Assembly: GCA_051874735.1 (NCBI GenBank) | Contig: JBJEGD010000016.1 | Location: forward strand, 33,809 to 97,808 | Direction of reading: 5' to 3' | DNA: 64,000 nucleotides | Origin: Candidatus Bruticola sp. | GTDB lineage: Bacteria > Vulcanimicrobiota > Xenobia > Xenobiales > Xenobiaceae | In this document: positions 7,634-16,908 of the stretch, piece after piece | Layout of the letters: every line of letters begins with the position of its first letter | How positions within the stretch are numbered: position 1 is the first letter of the stretch | The notes under the pieces: model-generated | Database searches by the model: none | What the model saw: the letters and a program-made list of their open reading frames with translations, nothing else | What the model was told of the DNA's origin: nothing | Program-made: the position numbers and the translations under genes

Positions 7634-8848
7634 TTAGGCCAGCTTAGCTTCCAATCTCTTAGCAATTTCATTTAAGAATTCTTCAGAGTTGACAGCTCTC
7701 GCTTCGAAACCGGGTTCAACTAAGTTTATTAAATCTTTAGTCATAATGCCCTCGTTGAGAGTATCGAAGCAAGCTTCTTCTAACTTTTCACCGAATTTCA
7801 CCAATTCAGGCAGTTTGTCAAGCTCACCGCGTTTCTTGAAGGCACCGGACCAAGCAAAAATAGTAGCCATAGGATTGGTAGAAGTAGCCTCACCTTTCAA
7901 ATGACGATAATAATGTTTGGTCACTGTACCGTGAGCCGCTTCGTATTCGGTAGTCCCGTCGGGAGCTATTAGGACTGAAGTCATCATCGCCAAAGAGCCG
8001 AAAGCGGTGGAAACCATATCAGACATAACATCGCCGTCGTAATTTTTGCAAGCCCAAATGAAGCCGCCATGAGAGCGAATTACACGCGCTACAGCGTCAT
8101 CGATCAGAGTGTAGAAGTAAGTAATGCCTAACTCATTGAACTTATCTTTGTAGTTCTCAAATTCTTCTTCAAAGATAGTTTTAAAAGCGCCGTCATAAAC
8201 TTTAGCGATGGTATCTTTAGTTGAGAACCACAGATCTTGTTTAGTATCGATAGCGTACTGGAAGCAAGACTTAGCGAAGGAGCGTATCGATTTTTCCTTA
8301 TTGTGGGCCCCTTGCCAAATAGCCGGACCGTCTACTTTTTGCACTAATAAAGTTTTTTCTTCACCGCTGACGCCTTTAAAAGTCATGGTGCACTCACCGG
8401 GCTCATGAGTGTACATGTCTACAGATTTGTAGACGTCACCATAAGCATGACGAGCAATAGTAATGGGTTTCTGCCAGTTTTTTACTACGGCTTTAATGGC
8501 GGGAATGACAATAGGTACACGGAAAACAGTGCCGTCTAAAATAGAACGGATAGTTCCATTGGGCGACTTCCACATTTCAGTAAGCTGAGGATATTCTTCC
8601 ATGCGCTGCTTATTGGGGGTAATAGTAGCACATTTCACTGCTACGCCGTATTTCTTGGTAGCATGAGCTGAGTCGATAGTTACCTGATCTTTGGTGGCGT
8701 TACGGTTAAGCAAGCTGAGATCGTAGTACTCAGTTTTAAGATCGACGTAAGGAAGAATGAGCTTATCTTTGATCATTTGCCAAAGAATGCGGGTCATTTC
8801 ATCGCCGTCCATCTCTACGAGAGGAGTGGTCATTTTAATCTTTGTCAC
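7634..8848 (-). CDS. icd: NADP-dependent isocitrate dehydrogenase
   Basis: MDGDEMTR, KCATITP, WKSPNGTIR, NYDGDVMSD, EAAHGTVT; GTG start with AGGAG. Confidence 0.97.
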   Translation of the reverse strand: MTKIKMTTPLVEMDGDEMTRILWQMIKDKLILPYVDLKTEYYDLSLLNRNATKDQVTIDSAHATKKYGVAVKCATITPNKQRMEEYPQLTEMWKSPNGTIRSILDGTVFRVPIVIPAIKAVVKNWQKPITIARHAYGDVYKSVDMYTHEPGECTMTFKGVSGEEKTLLVQKVDGPAIWQGAHNKEKSIRSFAKSCFQYAIDTKQDLWFSTKDTIAKVYDGAFKTIFEEEFENYKDKFNELGITYFYTLIDDAVARVIRSHGGFIWACKNYDGDVMSDMVSTAFGSLAMMTSVLIAPDGTTEYEAAHGTVTKHYYRHLKGEATSTNPMATIFAWSGAFKKRGELDKLPELVKFGEKLEEACFDTLNEGIMTKDLINLVEPGFEARAVNSEEFLNEIAKRLEAKLA

Positions 8849-8881
8849 GTTTATTTCTCCTTTTATGGTGTAGTAAGCGAT

Positions 8882-11146
8882 TTAAGCTTTGCCATAACCG
8901 GCAGCGTAGTAATTCATCAGGCAGCCTTCTTTGAGGATGAGCTTCTCATCGTCGGTCAGACCTTTGCACTCCAGTTTTAAGTCGTGAACAGTTCCGTCCT
9001 GGCGGATAACTTTAGCTGCAAACTCTTCTTGCCCCTGGAGAATGCCTTCTTTGATGCCCGGAATGTAAATGTAATCGCCGTCTTCATAAGCAAAAGGCGT
9101 TTCTCTACTCATAGTGAAAGGCACAATGCCCCAGTTTATACAGTTGCTGCGATAGCGCTTAGTAGCGTATTCGTAGCATATATTGGCGAAGCCACCTAAA
9201 ACTTTTTGGCAGGAAGCAGCCTGTTCGCGGGCTGAACCGTCTCCAGGACGGTGGGCAAATATGCATGAACCGATAGTTGTTTTCGCCAGATCGCCGCCTA
9301 CTTTAGCAAGCACTTCAAGCGCCTCTTGCGGATTGCCTCCAGCCAACTTTTCTTCTTCCAAGGCTCTGGCTTTCTTAGAACGCTCAACGTATTCAGGCAC
9401 CCGGCGAGAAAGAGCAAATTCGGAAAGGCCAATCGGATTAGAACGGTAAGAGGAAGTCTCTCCTGAAGGAATGAGTTCATCGGTGGTAGTTACGTCGTCA
9501 TGAATAACGGCGCAAAGTTTAACTAGAAGGTCGTCTTCTAAAGCTGGCATGTGGGGCCAGTCTTTGATGTTGGGACCATAGCGAAGCTCGGCGTTGGGAT
9601 CAGCTTTGCTAAAACCTTCATAGCATCTCTTGGCGTAAATGCTGCCGTCGAAATGATATTTAAGCTGCTCCGGAGTCGGTTCAGTATACTCAAAATCGGT
9701 TGCCGCTGTAAGCACTCCTCCGTTAGCAGCTGTAGCTGCAATAGAGCGGGCGTCCATAAGGGCTACGGCCGAAATCTGTCCGTTACCTGGTTTAGAACCT
9801 TCTCGATTGGCGAAGTTGCGGGTAGCGTGGCGAATAGAAAGGGCGTTGTTAGCGGGAGTATCTCCGGCTCCGAAGCAGGGGCCGCAGAAAGCTGGCTTAA
9901 TTACGCATCCGGCTTCCATTAAAGAAGCAGCTGTGCCGTCTTTAGTAATATCTAAACCGATAGGCATAGAAGACGGATAGACGCTCATATCGAAGTAGCC
10001 GTTACCTATGCTTTGTCCTTTAAGTATGGCCGCCGCCTCTACAATATTTTCGTACATGCCGCCGGAGCAGCCTACAATAACTCCCTGATCACAAGTGACT
10101 TGTCCTTTGTCGTTTATGCAGTGATGCAGATCGAGAGTTACTTTACCACCAAGTTGCTTATTGCAATCAGCTTCGATTTTAGTAAAAATACCCTCTGGAT
10201 CAGCCTGGAGCTCATGAATAGTGTAAGCTTTGGAAGGATGGAAAGGCAGAGCGATCATGGACTCAATTTGGCTGAGATCAATTTTGACTACCATATCATA
10301 GTAAGCACCGTTGCCTGGTTTGAGCTCTTTGTAGTCGTTGGGGCGTCCCACCTCTTCGTAGAACTCTTTGGTTGTCTCGTCAGTTTCCCAAATGGAGGAG
10401 AGACAAGAAGTTTCTGTAGTCATGACATCGATGCCAATTCTTAAGTCGCTGCTGAGAGTTTTGATGCCAGGGCCCACGAACTCTAAAACTTTATTTTTGA
10501 CGTCTCCGTTAGGGAAGGTGGCTCCAACTAAAGCAATAGCGACATCTTGAGGACCTACACCCTTCTTAAGTTTGCCGTCAAGGTAAACTAAAACTACTTG
10601 CGGGGCGGCGACATCGTAAGTATTTTTTAGCAGCTGTTTAACTAATTCTCCGCCGCCTTCACCTACGCCCATAGTGCCGTAAGAACCGTAACGAGTATGG
10701 CTGTCTGAGCCTAAAATCATTTTGCCGCAGCCGGCCAAACGCTCGCGGGCGTATTGATGAATTACCGCCTGGTTAGCTGGTACGTAGATCCCTCCGTATT
10801 TTTTTGCTGCAGAAAGACCGAAGGCGTGGTCGTCTTCATTAATAGTGCCGCCCACAGCACAGAGACTATTATGGCAGTTGGTCATAGCGTAGGGAATAGG
10901 AAATTCCTTCAGTCCTGAAGCTTTGGCGGTTTGAATGATGCCGACAAAAGTAATATCGTGGGAGATAAGGGCATCAAATTTTATCCTCAGATGTTTCGGA
11001 TCTGAACTTACGTTGTGGCTCCTCAGAATAGAATAAGCGATCGTTTTCTCTCTGGCTTCATCAGGGGCAGCCATTCCTTGGGCCTGATCTGCATAAACGA
11101 TTTCACCGTTTACTAAGTAAGCGCCCTTTTTGATAACTTCCACCAT
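8882..11146 (-). CDS. Aconitate hydratase family (YbhJ-like hydratase)
   Basis: HDIT, NCHN, GSDSHTR, Fe-S Cys motifs GCSGG and CGPCFG, RNF, TTDE, GSARE; start MVEVIKKG with GGAGGAG upstream. Confidence 0.92.
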   Translation of the reverse strand: MVEVIKKGAYLVNGEIVYADQAQGMAAPDEAREKTIAYSILRSHNVSSDPKHLRIKFDALISHDITFVGIIQTAKASGLKEFPIPYAMTNCHNSLCAVGGTINEDDHAFGLSAAKKYGGIYVPANQAVIHQYARERLAGCGKMILGSDSHTRYGSYGTMGVGEGGGELVKQLLKNTYDVAAPQVVLVYLDGKLKKGVGPQDVAIALVGATFPNGDVKNKVLEFVGPGIKTLSSDLRIGIDVMTTETSCLSSIWETDETTKEFYEEVGRPNDYKELKPGNGAYYDMVVKIDLSQIESMIALPFHPSKAYTIHELQADPEGIFTKIEADCNKQLGGKVTLDLHHCINDKGQVTCDQGVIVGCSGGMYENIVEAAAILKGQSIGNGYFDMSVYPSSMPIGLDITKDGTAASLMEAGCVIKPAFCGPCFGAGDTPANNALSIRHATRNFANREGSKPGNGQISAVALMDARSIAATAANGGVLTAATDFEYTEPTPEQLKYHFDGSIYAKRCYEGFSKADPNAELRYGPNIKDWPHMPALEDDLLVKLCAVIHDDVTTTDELIPSGETSSYRSNPIGLSEFALSRRVPEYVERSKKARALEEEKLAGGNPQEALEVLAKVGGDLAKTTIGSCIFAHRPGDGSAREQAASCQKVLGGFANICYEYATKRYRSNCINWGIVPFTMSRETPFAYEDGDYIYIPGIKEGILQGQEEFAAKVIRQDGTVHDLKLECKGLTDDEKLILKEGCLMNYYAAGYGKA

Positions 11147-11228
11147 GTGGTTTCTCCTCCTTGGGTTCCTATCCGTCTGCAGCAACTTTCTGCACGAATA
11201 GTTGGCTTAATTCGTCATATAAACAAAA

Positions 11229-11257
11229 AGCCTACTATAAAATCCCTGAAATGTTAA
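11229..11257 (-). promoter_or_regulatory. Possible sigma70 promoter for aconitase-icd
   Basis: Minus strand TTAACA-N17-TAGGCT. Confidence 0.3.
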
Positions 11258-11266
11258 AAAAATAAT

Positions 11267-12238
11267 TTAAAAGCAGAGCTTATCTAAAAAAATAGTGACA
11301 CTTAGAAGATCTGCTGATCCCCCTGGGCTAATATGGTCTTTGATAAAAATATCATCTAGACGGCAAGCCTCTTTATAAGAATAGCAGCGATTTAGAGCTC
11401 CACAAGCGGCTTGGGCTTGTCGAGCTTTAGCGAGGCCTACTCGCTTGAGAATATTGGTATCGTCAAGATTGGCACAAATAAATAGTAGAGTTCTTACGTA
11501 AACTTCATCTGGGGTAAGTTTTTGACTTTGCAAGCTGTGCATATAAGGCAAAAATGAGTTAATTACTTGGGCAAATCCGCTCTCTGCTTGTCCGCGGGCG
11601 CCGCGGGTTCCGTATTTTAGATACATACGTTGTCCATGGGTCAATGGTTCTAATTCTTTTTGTTTATGGATGCTTAGTATCGAATTTTGAGCATTATTGA
11701 CTGATAAAGTTTCGGCCTTTTCTGCATTATCAGTGGCAGCGAAAGAGTTTTCATAAGAGCAATTGAGGGGGCAGTTATTTAGGCTCTCCAACTCGCGGCG
11801 GCATAAGCCGACCGTCATTTGAGCGGCCGTTTTGCCCAAGTTTTGGGGAGTCCAGCTTGACCATGCTGGAGAGAGGCGCAGGCGGCCGGCTGCGGCACAC
11901 AAAATGCCCAGCAAAAACAGAGCCCCTTTGTGTGTGTTAGCTCCTTGAGCAGCTGTAAACATATCTTTTTCTGCTGATTGTCCTAAAAGTCGTATCATAT
12001 TAAATAGCTGCTGCGGAGTTGAGGAGACGGAGTTAGCTCCTGCTTGCGCCATAAGGGTGAAGTGGGGACGCAAACTTATGGCGCTGGCAATAAATGTATA
12101 AAAGTTCATATCGCTGTGAGCTCCGCAGTTTCGCCTGTCAACTAAACCTGGTTTAGGAGTGGCCGATACCTCTAGTAGCAGAGCTTCAAGGGCTAGATCA
12201 GCAATATAACTGCCGAGTTTGTCTATATTTATTGTCAC
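11267..12238 (-). CDS. citG: Triphosphoribosyl-dephospho-CoA synthase
   Basis: TPKPGLVD, NTHKGALF, GARG, DDTN, ISPGGSADLL. Confidence 0.95.
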   Translation of the reverse strand: MTINIDKLGSYIADLALEALLLEVSATPKPGLVDRRNCGAHSDMNFYTFIASAISLRPHFTLMAQAGANSVSSTPQQLFNMIRLLGQSAEKDMFTAAQGANTHKGALFLLGILCAAAGRLRLSPAWSSWTPQNLGKTAAQMTVGLCRRELESLNNCPLNCSYENSFAATDNAEKAETLSVNNAQNSILSIHKQKELEPLTHGQRMYLKYGTRGARGQAESGFAQVINSFLPYMHSLQSQKLTPDEVYVRTLLFICANLDDTNILKRVGLAKARQAQAACGALNRCYSYKEACRLDDIFIKDHISPGGSADLLSVTIFLDKLCF

Positions 12239-13272
12239 GATAAACTGCGGAGTCGTTTTATAATGCGCTCTCCCTCTGGCGCAGTTAAATAGGCGAAGGT
12301 AGAGGGGGGGACTAGCTCTCTGACACTTGCCAGTTGGCCTTGTTGCAGCAGAGCACGCACACAGCTGGCACTAATGGGCTGTTTTTGGTAACTTAAACGC
12401 TCAATTACTTGTACTTGCAAGCCGCTCTGGGGTAGTACTTCGAGCATAATTTGATTGAATTTGTTGGTGAAAGGATCTAGTGGTTCACTGCCGACGAAAC
12501 GCGTCTGTATGCCTAAGCTTGGGGCAATGTGCTCAACAAAAATATTCAGTACCAAACGAGCTTGAGTTTCAGATGCTTCATTTAGCTGCTTCAAGAAGTA
12601 GGTTGGAAAAGTAGCTCCCGATATTATATAATCGCCTCCATCTAAAATTTCGACGTTCTGTATAGAAGCACAGCCCTCTTTTACTAGACGCAACCGATCT
12701 TGAAACGGAAAAACAGAGCGATCGGCCCGTACAGGAAAGACATACAAATGCTCACAGCGTTTGGCTGCTTCCTCGATTAGGTACTGATGGCCTAGGGTAA
12801 AGGGATTGGCATTCATTACGATAGCCCCATTCAAGCCGGGTTTTTTATATTTAGTTAAAAGCTTGTTCTTAAAGCGCTGCAAATTGTGCTTAGAACTTTC
12901 CATCATAATCGCTTTAGGAGCTGCACCTACAATATAAAAGGCTAAACTTTCAAAAATTTGCCGGTTTTCAGGTTTTGTATAGACAAAAATGTTGTCAGCT
13001 CCGCGGCTTTTTATTTCAGAGCGCAAGTGAGAAACTAAAGTATTTACCATACCTTCGCCTCTGGATGCTTCGGAAACAGCTACACACTTAATTATATTGT
13101 CCTCAAAACCTCCGCAGCAGAGAATTTCATCTTGACTGTTATAGAGTACGGCACAATACTCTAATTGTTCATCTAGACGCAAGCCTGACTGGGCCAGAAA
13201 AGAAGACAGTCGTTCTCTTTCTTTTTGAGACGACAGATTAACCTGTTGTGGAAAAAATATATCACTTTCCAC
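12235..13272 (-). CDS. citC: [Citrate (pro-3S)-lyase] ligase
   Basis: N-terminal GNAT-like domain; VMNANPFTLGHQYL, YIISGATFPTYF, RFVGSEP, ISASCVR. Confidence 0.96.
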   Translation of the reverse strand: MESDIFFPQQVNLSSQKERERLSSFLAQSGLRLDEQLEYCAVLYNSQDEILCCGGFEDNIIKCVAVSEASRGEGMVNTLVSHLRSEIKSRGADNIFVYTKPENRQIFESLAFYIVGAAPKAIMMESSKHNLQRFKNKLLTKYKKPGLNGAIVMNANPFTLGHQYLIEEAAKRCEHLYVFPVRADRSVFPFQDRLRLVKEGCASIQNVEILDGGDYIISGATFPTYFLKQLNEASETQARLVLNIFVEHIAPSLGIQTRFVGSEPLDPFTNKFNQIMLEVLPQSGLQVQVIERLSYQKQPISASCVRALLQQGQLASVRELVPPSTFAYLTAPEGERIIKRLRSLS

Positions 13273-13275
13273 TTT

Positions 13276-13809
13276 TTATTGTTCTCCAAAATATTGATTG
13301 GCCATAGCGCCAATACAATTTAAAAGCTCCGGCAGACTATGAGCACGGCTGCGGGCGCATAAAGGGGCTGGCTTTGAGCAGATAAGACAAAGACGCGGAG
13401 CCAGGTTTAGTTGTGAGCGGCTAATTTGCCCTTCAAGGGTGTGAACATCGAAATCCCAGAGACGGCCCAGCGGATGACTATCTTCTAGGGAGCAAGTTTG
13501 TCTTTTTAGCTCGTAAGGAGAGATATTAACAGCAAAGTACCCCTCGAAGCCCGTATTTAGCCGCCTTACTTCACTCCAAATTATTTTGGAACCAAGAGCC
13601 TTTTTTAGTTCTGAGCATCCTAGGGCGTGCAACTTTTCGGCAAGAAAGGATCTTTTTACTGGTCCAGGCATATTGACCATAAAGCTAACAAGAGGCACTG
13701 GACGTTGTTTAAGCAGATACTGCTGAAAAGCGCAGCGATTGTCGCGACTTTTCAGCAGTTCTTCTAGTTCTATAGCAGGGCCGTTAATCGGCAACACCGT
13801 GTACGACAT
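13276..13809 (-). CDS. citX: Apo-citrate lyase phosphoribosyl-dephospho-CoA transferase
   Basis: NMPGPVK, TGFE, HPLGRLWDFDV, ISR, CLIC...CARSRAH. Confidence 0.94.
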   Translation of the reverse strand: MSYTVLPINGPAIELEELLKSRDNRCAFQQYLLKQRPVPLVSFMVNMPGPVKRSFLAEKLHALGCSELKKALGSKIIWSEVRRLNTGFEGYFAVNISPYELKRQTCSLEDSHPLGRLWDFDVHTLEGQISRSQLNLAPRLCLICSKPAPLCARSRAHSLPELLNCIGAMANQYFGEQ

Positions 13810-15340
13810 CTAACAAGGTACCGTCAGGAGCTGTAACTACGGCTACTATTTTATCCGTAAATTCTAAATCATCCGGTTTGCCGACCACTTTTTCGGCCAT
13901 TTCTTTTAATTCATGAATGTCATAAACTTTCATGCCGCAGGCTTCTAAGCGCTCTTTTATTTCCGGACGATTGGGATTAACGGCAATACCGACGTCGGTT
14001 ACTAAGACGTCGCAATCCTTGCCGTCGGTGCAGATCGTGCCGACTTTATCACGTACACAGGGAATGCGTCCGCGAATTAAAGGTGTAACGATGATAGCTA
14101 AGTCGGCTCCTTTAGCTGTGTCTGGATGGCCTCCTATAGCACCGCGAATGATACCGTCTGAGCCAGTAAGTACATTCACATTGAAGTTAACATCTATTTC
14201 CAAAGCAGACAAAACTACTATATCGAGCTGATTTAAAATAGAGCCGCGATTAAAGGGGGTTGCGTAAAGCACGCCGTCAACTTCATGATGATTGGGATTT
14301 CGGCGCAGAGAAGCTGCCGCCTCAGTGTCAAAGTCTTGAACGTCCCATAAAGTTTCAATTAAACCTTGCTCATGCAATTTAACTATCTGCCCTGTGATGC
14401 CTCCCAAAGCGAAGCGGGCCTTAACACCCTTTTCGATCATAGAATCAGCTAAGAAGCGAGTTACTGCCAGGGAAGCGCCGCCTGTGCCTGTTTGCAGAGA
14501 CATGCCACTGCGGAAATAGCCAGAATTAATAATGACCTTGGCAGCTGCTTCAGCGATCATCAGATCACGCGGATTGCTTGTAAAGCGGGCAGCTCCAGCA
14601 GAAATTTTGGAGGGATCGCCGATAGAATCTACTTCAACAACATAGTTCACCAACGTGCCTTCAATGCTTTGAAAAGCATTAGGATATTTAATAATTTTAT
14701 TGGTGATAATTATTGTTTTATCTGCATATTGAGCATCAACTTTGGCATATCCGAGACTACCGCACTCAGCTACATCAGTAACTTCATTATCTAGGCAGAC
14801 TCCGCTGGCGTTTCCGTAAGCATCACAAACAGGAGCACCTAAAAAAGCTACATCGATATGCAGTTTTCCGTCGGCAATAGCTGCAGCTCTTCCTCCGTGA
14901 GAACGGAAGATAACTGGCTCGTCCATAAGTCCGCGCGAAATTTCGTCTGCCAAACGACCGCGGCAGCCGGAACTTTCAATATGAGAGACTACTCCGTTTT
15001 TTATATGTTCTACTAAAGGTGCGTGTACGCTAGTCAGTGAGGAAGAAGCGATACGCAAATTTTTAAATCCCATGCTAGCTAAAACATCCATCACTTGGTT
15101 TAAAACCTGGTCGCCGTTGCGGAAGTGATGGTGAAAGGATATAGTCATACCGTCTTTTAAGCCGCAGAGTCTTACAGCTTCTTCGATAGAACCTACTATC
15201 TTATTGTTCTTTTTCTCGCGTTCAGGAAGAGGAGTAGTGTCTTTATCAGCTACGCGAGGATCAACATCGACGCCGTAAATTCCCAAACCTAGTTCAGCAG
15301 CCATCTGTTCGGGGATTTCATGTCCGATAAGGTTTTTCAT
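13784..15340 (-). CDS. citF: Citrate lyase alpha subunit (citrate:acetyl-ACP transferase)
   Basis: GLKDGMTISFHHHFRNGD, RSHGGR, QTGTGGASLAV, GGHPDTA. Confidence 0.97.
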   Translation of the reverse strand: MKNLIGHEIPEQMAAELGLGIYGVDVDPRVADKDTTPLPEREKKNNKIVGSIEEAVRLCGLKDGMTISFHHHFRNGDQVLNQVMDVLASMGFKNLRIASSSLTSVHAPLVEHIKNGVVSHIESSGCRGRLADEISRGLMDEPVIFRSHGGRAAAIADGKLHIDVAFLGAPVCDAYGNASGVCLDNEVTDVAECGSLGYAKVDAQYADKTIIITNKIIKYPNAFQSIEGTLVNYVVEVDSIGDPSKISAGAARFTSNPRDLMIAEAAAKVIINSGYFRSGMSLQTGTGGASLAVTRFLADSMIEKGVKARFALGGITGQIVKLHEQGLIETLWDVQDFDTEAAASLRRNPNHHEVDGVLYATPFNRGSILNQLDIVVLSALEIDVNFNVNVLTGSDGIIRGAIGGHPDTAKGADLAIIVTPLIRGRIPCVRDKVGTICTDGKDCDVLVTDVGIAVNPNRPEIKERLEACGMKVYDIHELKEMAEKVVGKPDDLEFTDKIVAVVTAPDGTLLDVVHGVAD

Positions 15341-15346
15341 CTTTTG

Positions 15347-16246
15347 TTATACCTCCGCAGGAGAAATGATTCCTGAAATGATGGCCAGTTCAATAACTCT
15401 TTGGGCTCTAATGGCTACCGGCTTGTCTACCATTTTACCGTTTAAGCTGATTACGCCTGAACCTTTAGCTTCAGCTTCTTTAATAGCTGCTACAACTCTT
15501 TTGGCTTTTTCAATATCTTTGGCTGTAGGATTAAATACGGAGTGAACTGGCGCAATCTGGCGGGGATTGATGACGCTCTTGCCATCGAATCCAAGGTCTT
15601 TAATGAGTCTAGCTTCATAAAGCAGCTGTTCTTCATTATTGACATCGGAATAAACTGTATCTAAAGCGTCGATACCGGCGGCACGGGCGGCCAAAACGAT
15701 GGTTTGGCGGGCTAACTGCAGCTCTGCACCAGTTTTGGTGCGCTGACATTTCATATTAGCGCAAAAATCTTCTGCTCCTAAAGCTATACCGATCAATCTA
15801 TTAGAAGCTGTAGCAATTTGATAAGCGTTTACTACGCCTAAAGCCCCTTCTATGGCTGCCATCATTAAAGTATCGCCAACGGGGCGACCGTGCTTCTTTT
15901 CCATTTCTTCAATTACAGCTTCACAGTCTGTAATATCTTTAGGCGTTTCTGTTTTAGGCATGCGCAGCACGTGAGCTCCAGCTGCTACCATAGCTTCAAC
16001 GTCGGCTCTTCCGTAAGGTGTATCTAGAGGATTTATGCGCACGACTATTTCAGTTTGTCCGTAGTCGATAGTCTTAATGGCTTGGTAGACGAGCTGTCGG
16101 GCTGCGTCTTTTTCAGCCATAGACACTGAATCTTCAAGATCGAACATGAGAGAGTCAGAGCCGTATATGTGAGCGTCTCTCATCATTCCGGGATTATTGC
16201 CCGGTATAAACATCATTGTTCTGCGGAGTCTTTGCTTCTGTGCCAT
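15347..16246 (-). CDS. citE: Citrate lyase beta subunit (citryl-ACP lyase)
   Basis: RRTMMFIPG, FDLEDSV, ALGAED, GFDGKSVINPRQI, GKMVD. Confidence 0.96.
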   Translation of the reverse strand: MAQKQRLRRTMMFIPGNNPGMMRDAHIYGSDSLMFDLEDSVSMAEKDAARQLVYQAIKTIDYGQTEIVVRINPLDTPYGRADVEAMVAAGAHVLRMPKTETPKDITDCEAVIEEMEKKHGRPVGDTLMMAAIEGALGVVNAYQIATASNRLIGIALGAEDFCANMKCQRTKTGAELQLARQTIVLAARAAGIDALDTVYSDVNNEEQLLYEARLIKDLGFDGKSVINPRQIAPVHSVFNPTAKDIEKAKRVVAAIKEAEAKGSGVISLNGKMVDKPVAIRAQRVIELAIISGIISPAEV

Positions 16247-16268
16247 AATTAATCGCAACTTCCTTATT

Positions 16269-16553
16269 TTACCAAGAATATTCGTTACTCTGACAAGCTC
16301 TGTAGACAGCTGTTTTTACGCGGGCCTTGACTGTACAATCTAGGGCCCCTTTGTCTGTAGCTGTAATAACAACTCCGTCAACACCGAGTTCGGCAACAGT
16401 TTCTTTGATAACTTTGGTAATTTGGCGGCCGTAAAGCTTCATAACAGTACTGCTGAGATCGACTTCTACGCCCGGATGATCAGAGGCTTCAATTTCTATA
16501 TGAATGTCGCCTGATTCTAGAGTACCAGCTTCTGCTTTAGTAATTAATTTCAA
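16269..16553 (-). CDS. citD: Citrate lyase acyl carrier protein (gamma subunit)
   Basis: AGTLESGD prosthetic-group Ser motif, DKGALDC; TTG start at 16553 with AAGGAAGGA upstream. Confidence 0.94.
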   Translation of the reverse strand: MKLITKAEAGTLESGDIHIEIEASDHPGVEVDLSSTVMKLYGRQITKVIKETVAELGVDGVVITATDKGALDCTVKARVKTAVYRACQSNEYSW

Positions 16554-16850
16554 AGCAATTTCCTTCCTTATTTCTGCCGGATAGTGATCTGTTGAACTTA
16601 GAAAAGTCCGGACAGCTGCAGATATCGAGAGGAACTCGTCTGCAATGACCACATCTATTTCTTTTTATTAGGCAAAAAGCCTTGTAAACAATTAATTTAT
16701 TTTTTACATTTAAGTATTTGCCAATTCAGATAAGGTTAATTTTGTTGATTTGTAGTTGAATATTATCAAATGCTAGCGTTAGTTTTATAGTGATTATTGA
16801 GACAATAGAGGAATTTATAAGACGGTTAATCTGTTGTCTAAAGTTACAAT

Positions 16851-16887
16851 AAAACGGCTCCTGCAGCAGGAACTGCAGGAGCCGTTT
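16851..16887 (-). terminator. Intrinsic terminator after glgP
   Basis: aaacggctcctgcag / ctgcaggagccgttt perfect 15-bp stem. Confidence 0.85.
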
Positions 16888-16908
16888 GTTTCTATTTATA
16901 ACGCTAAA

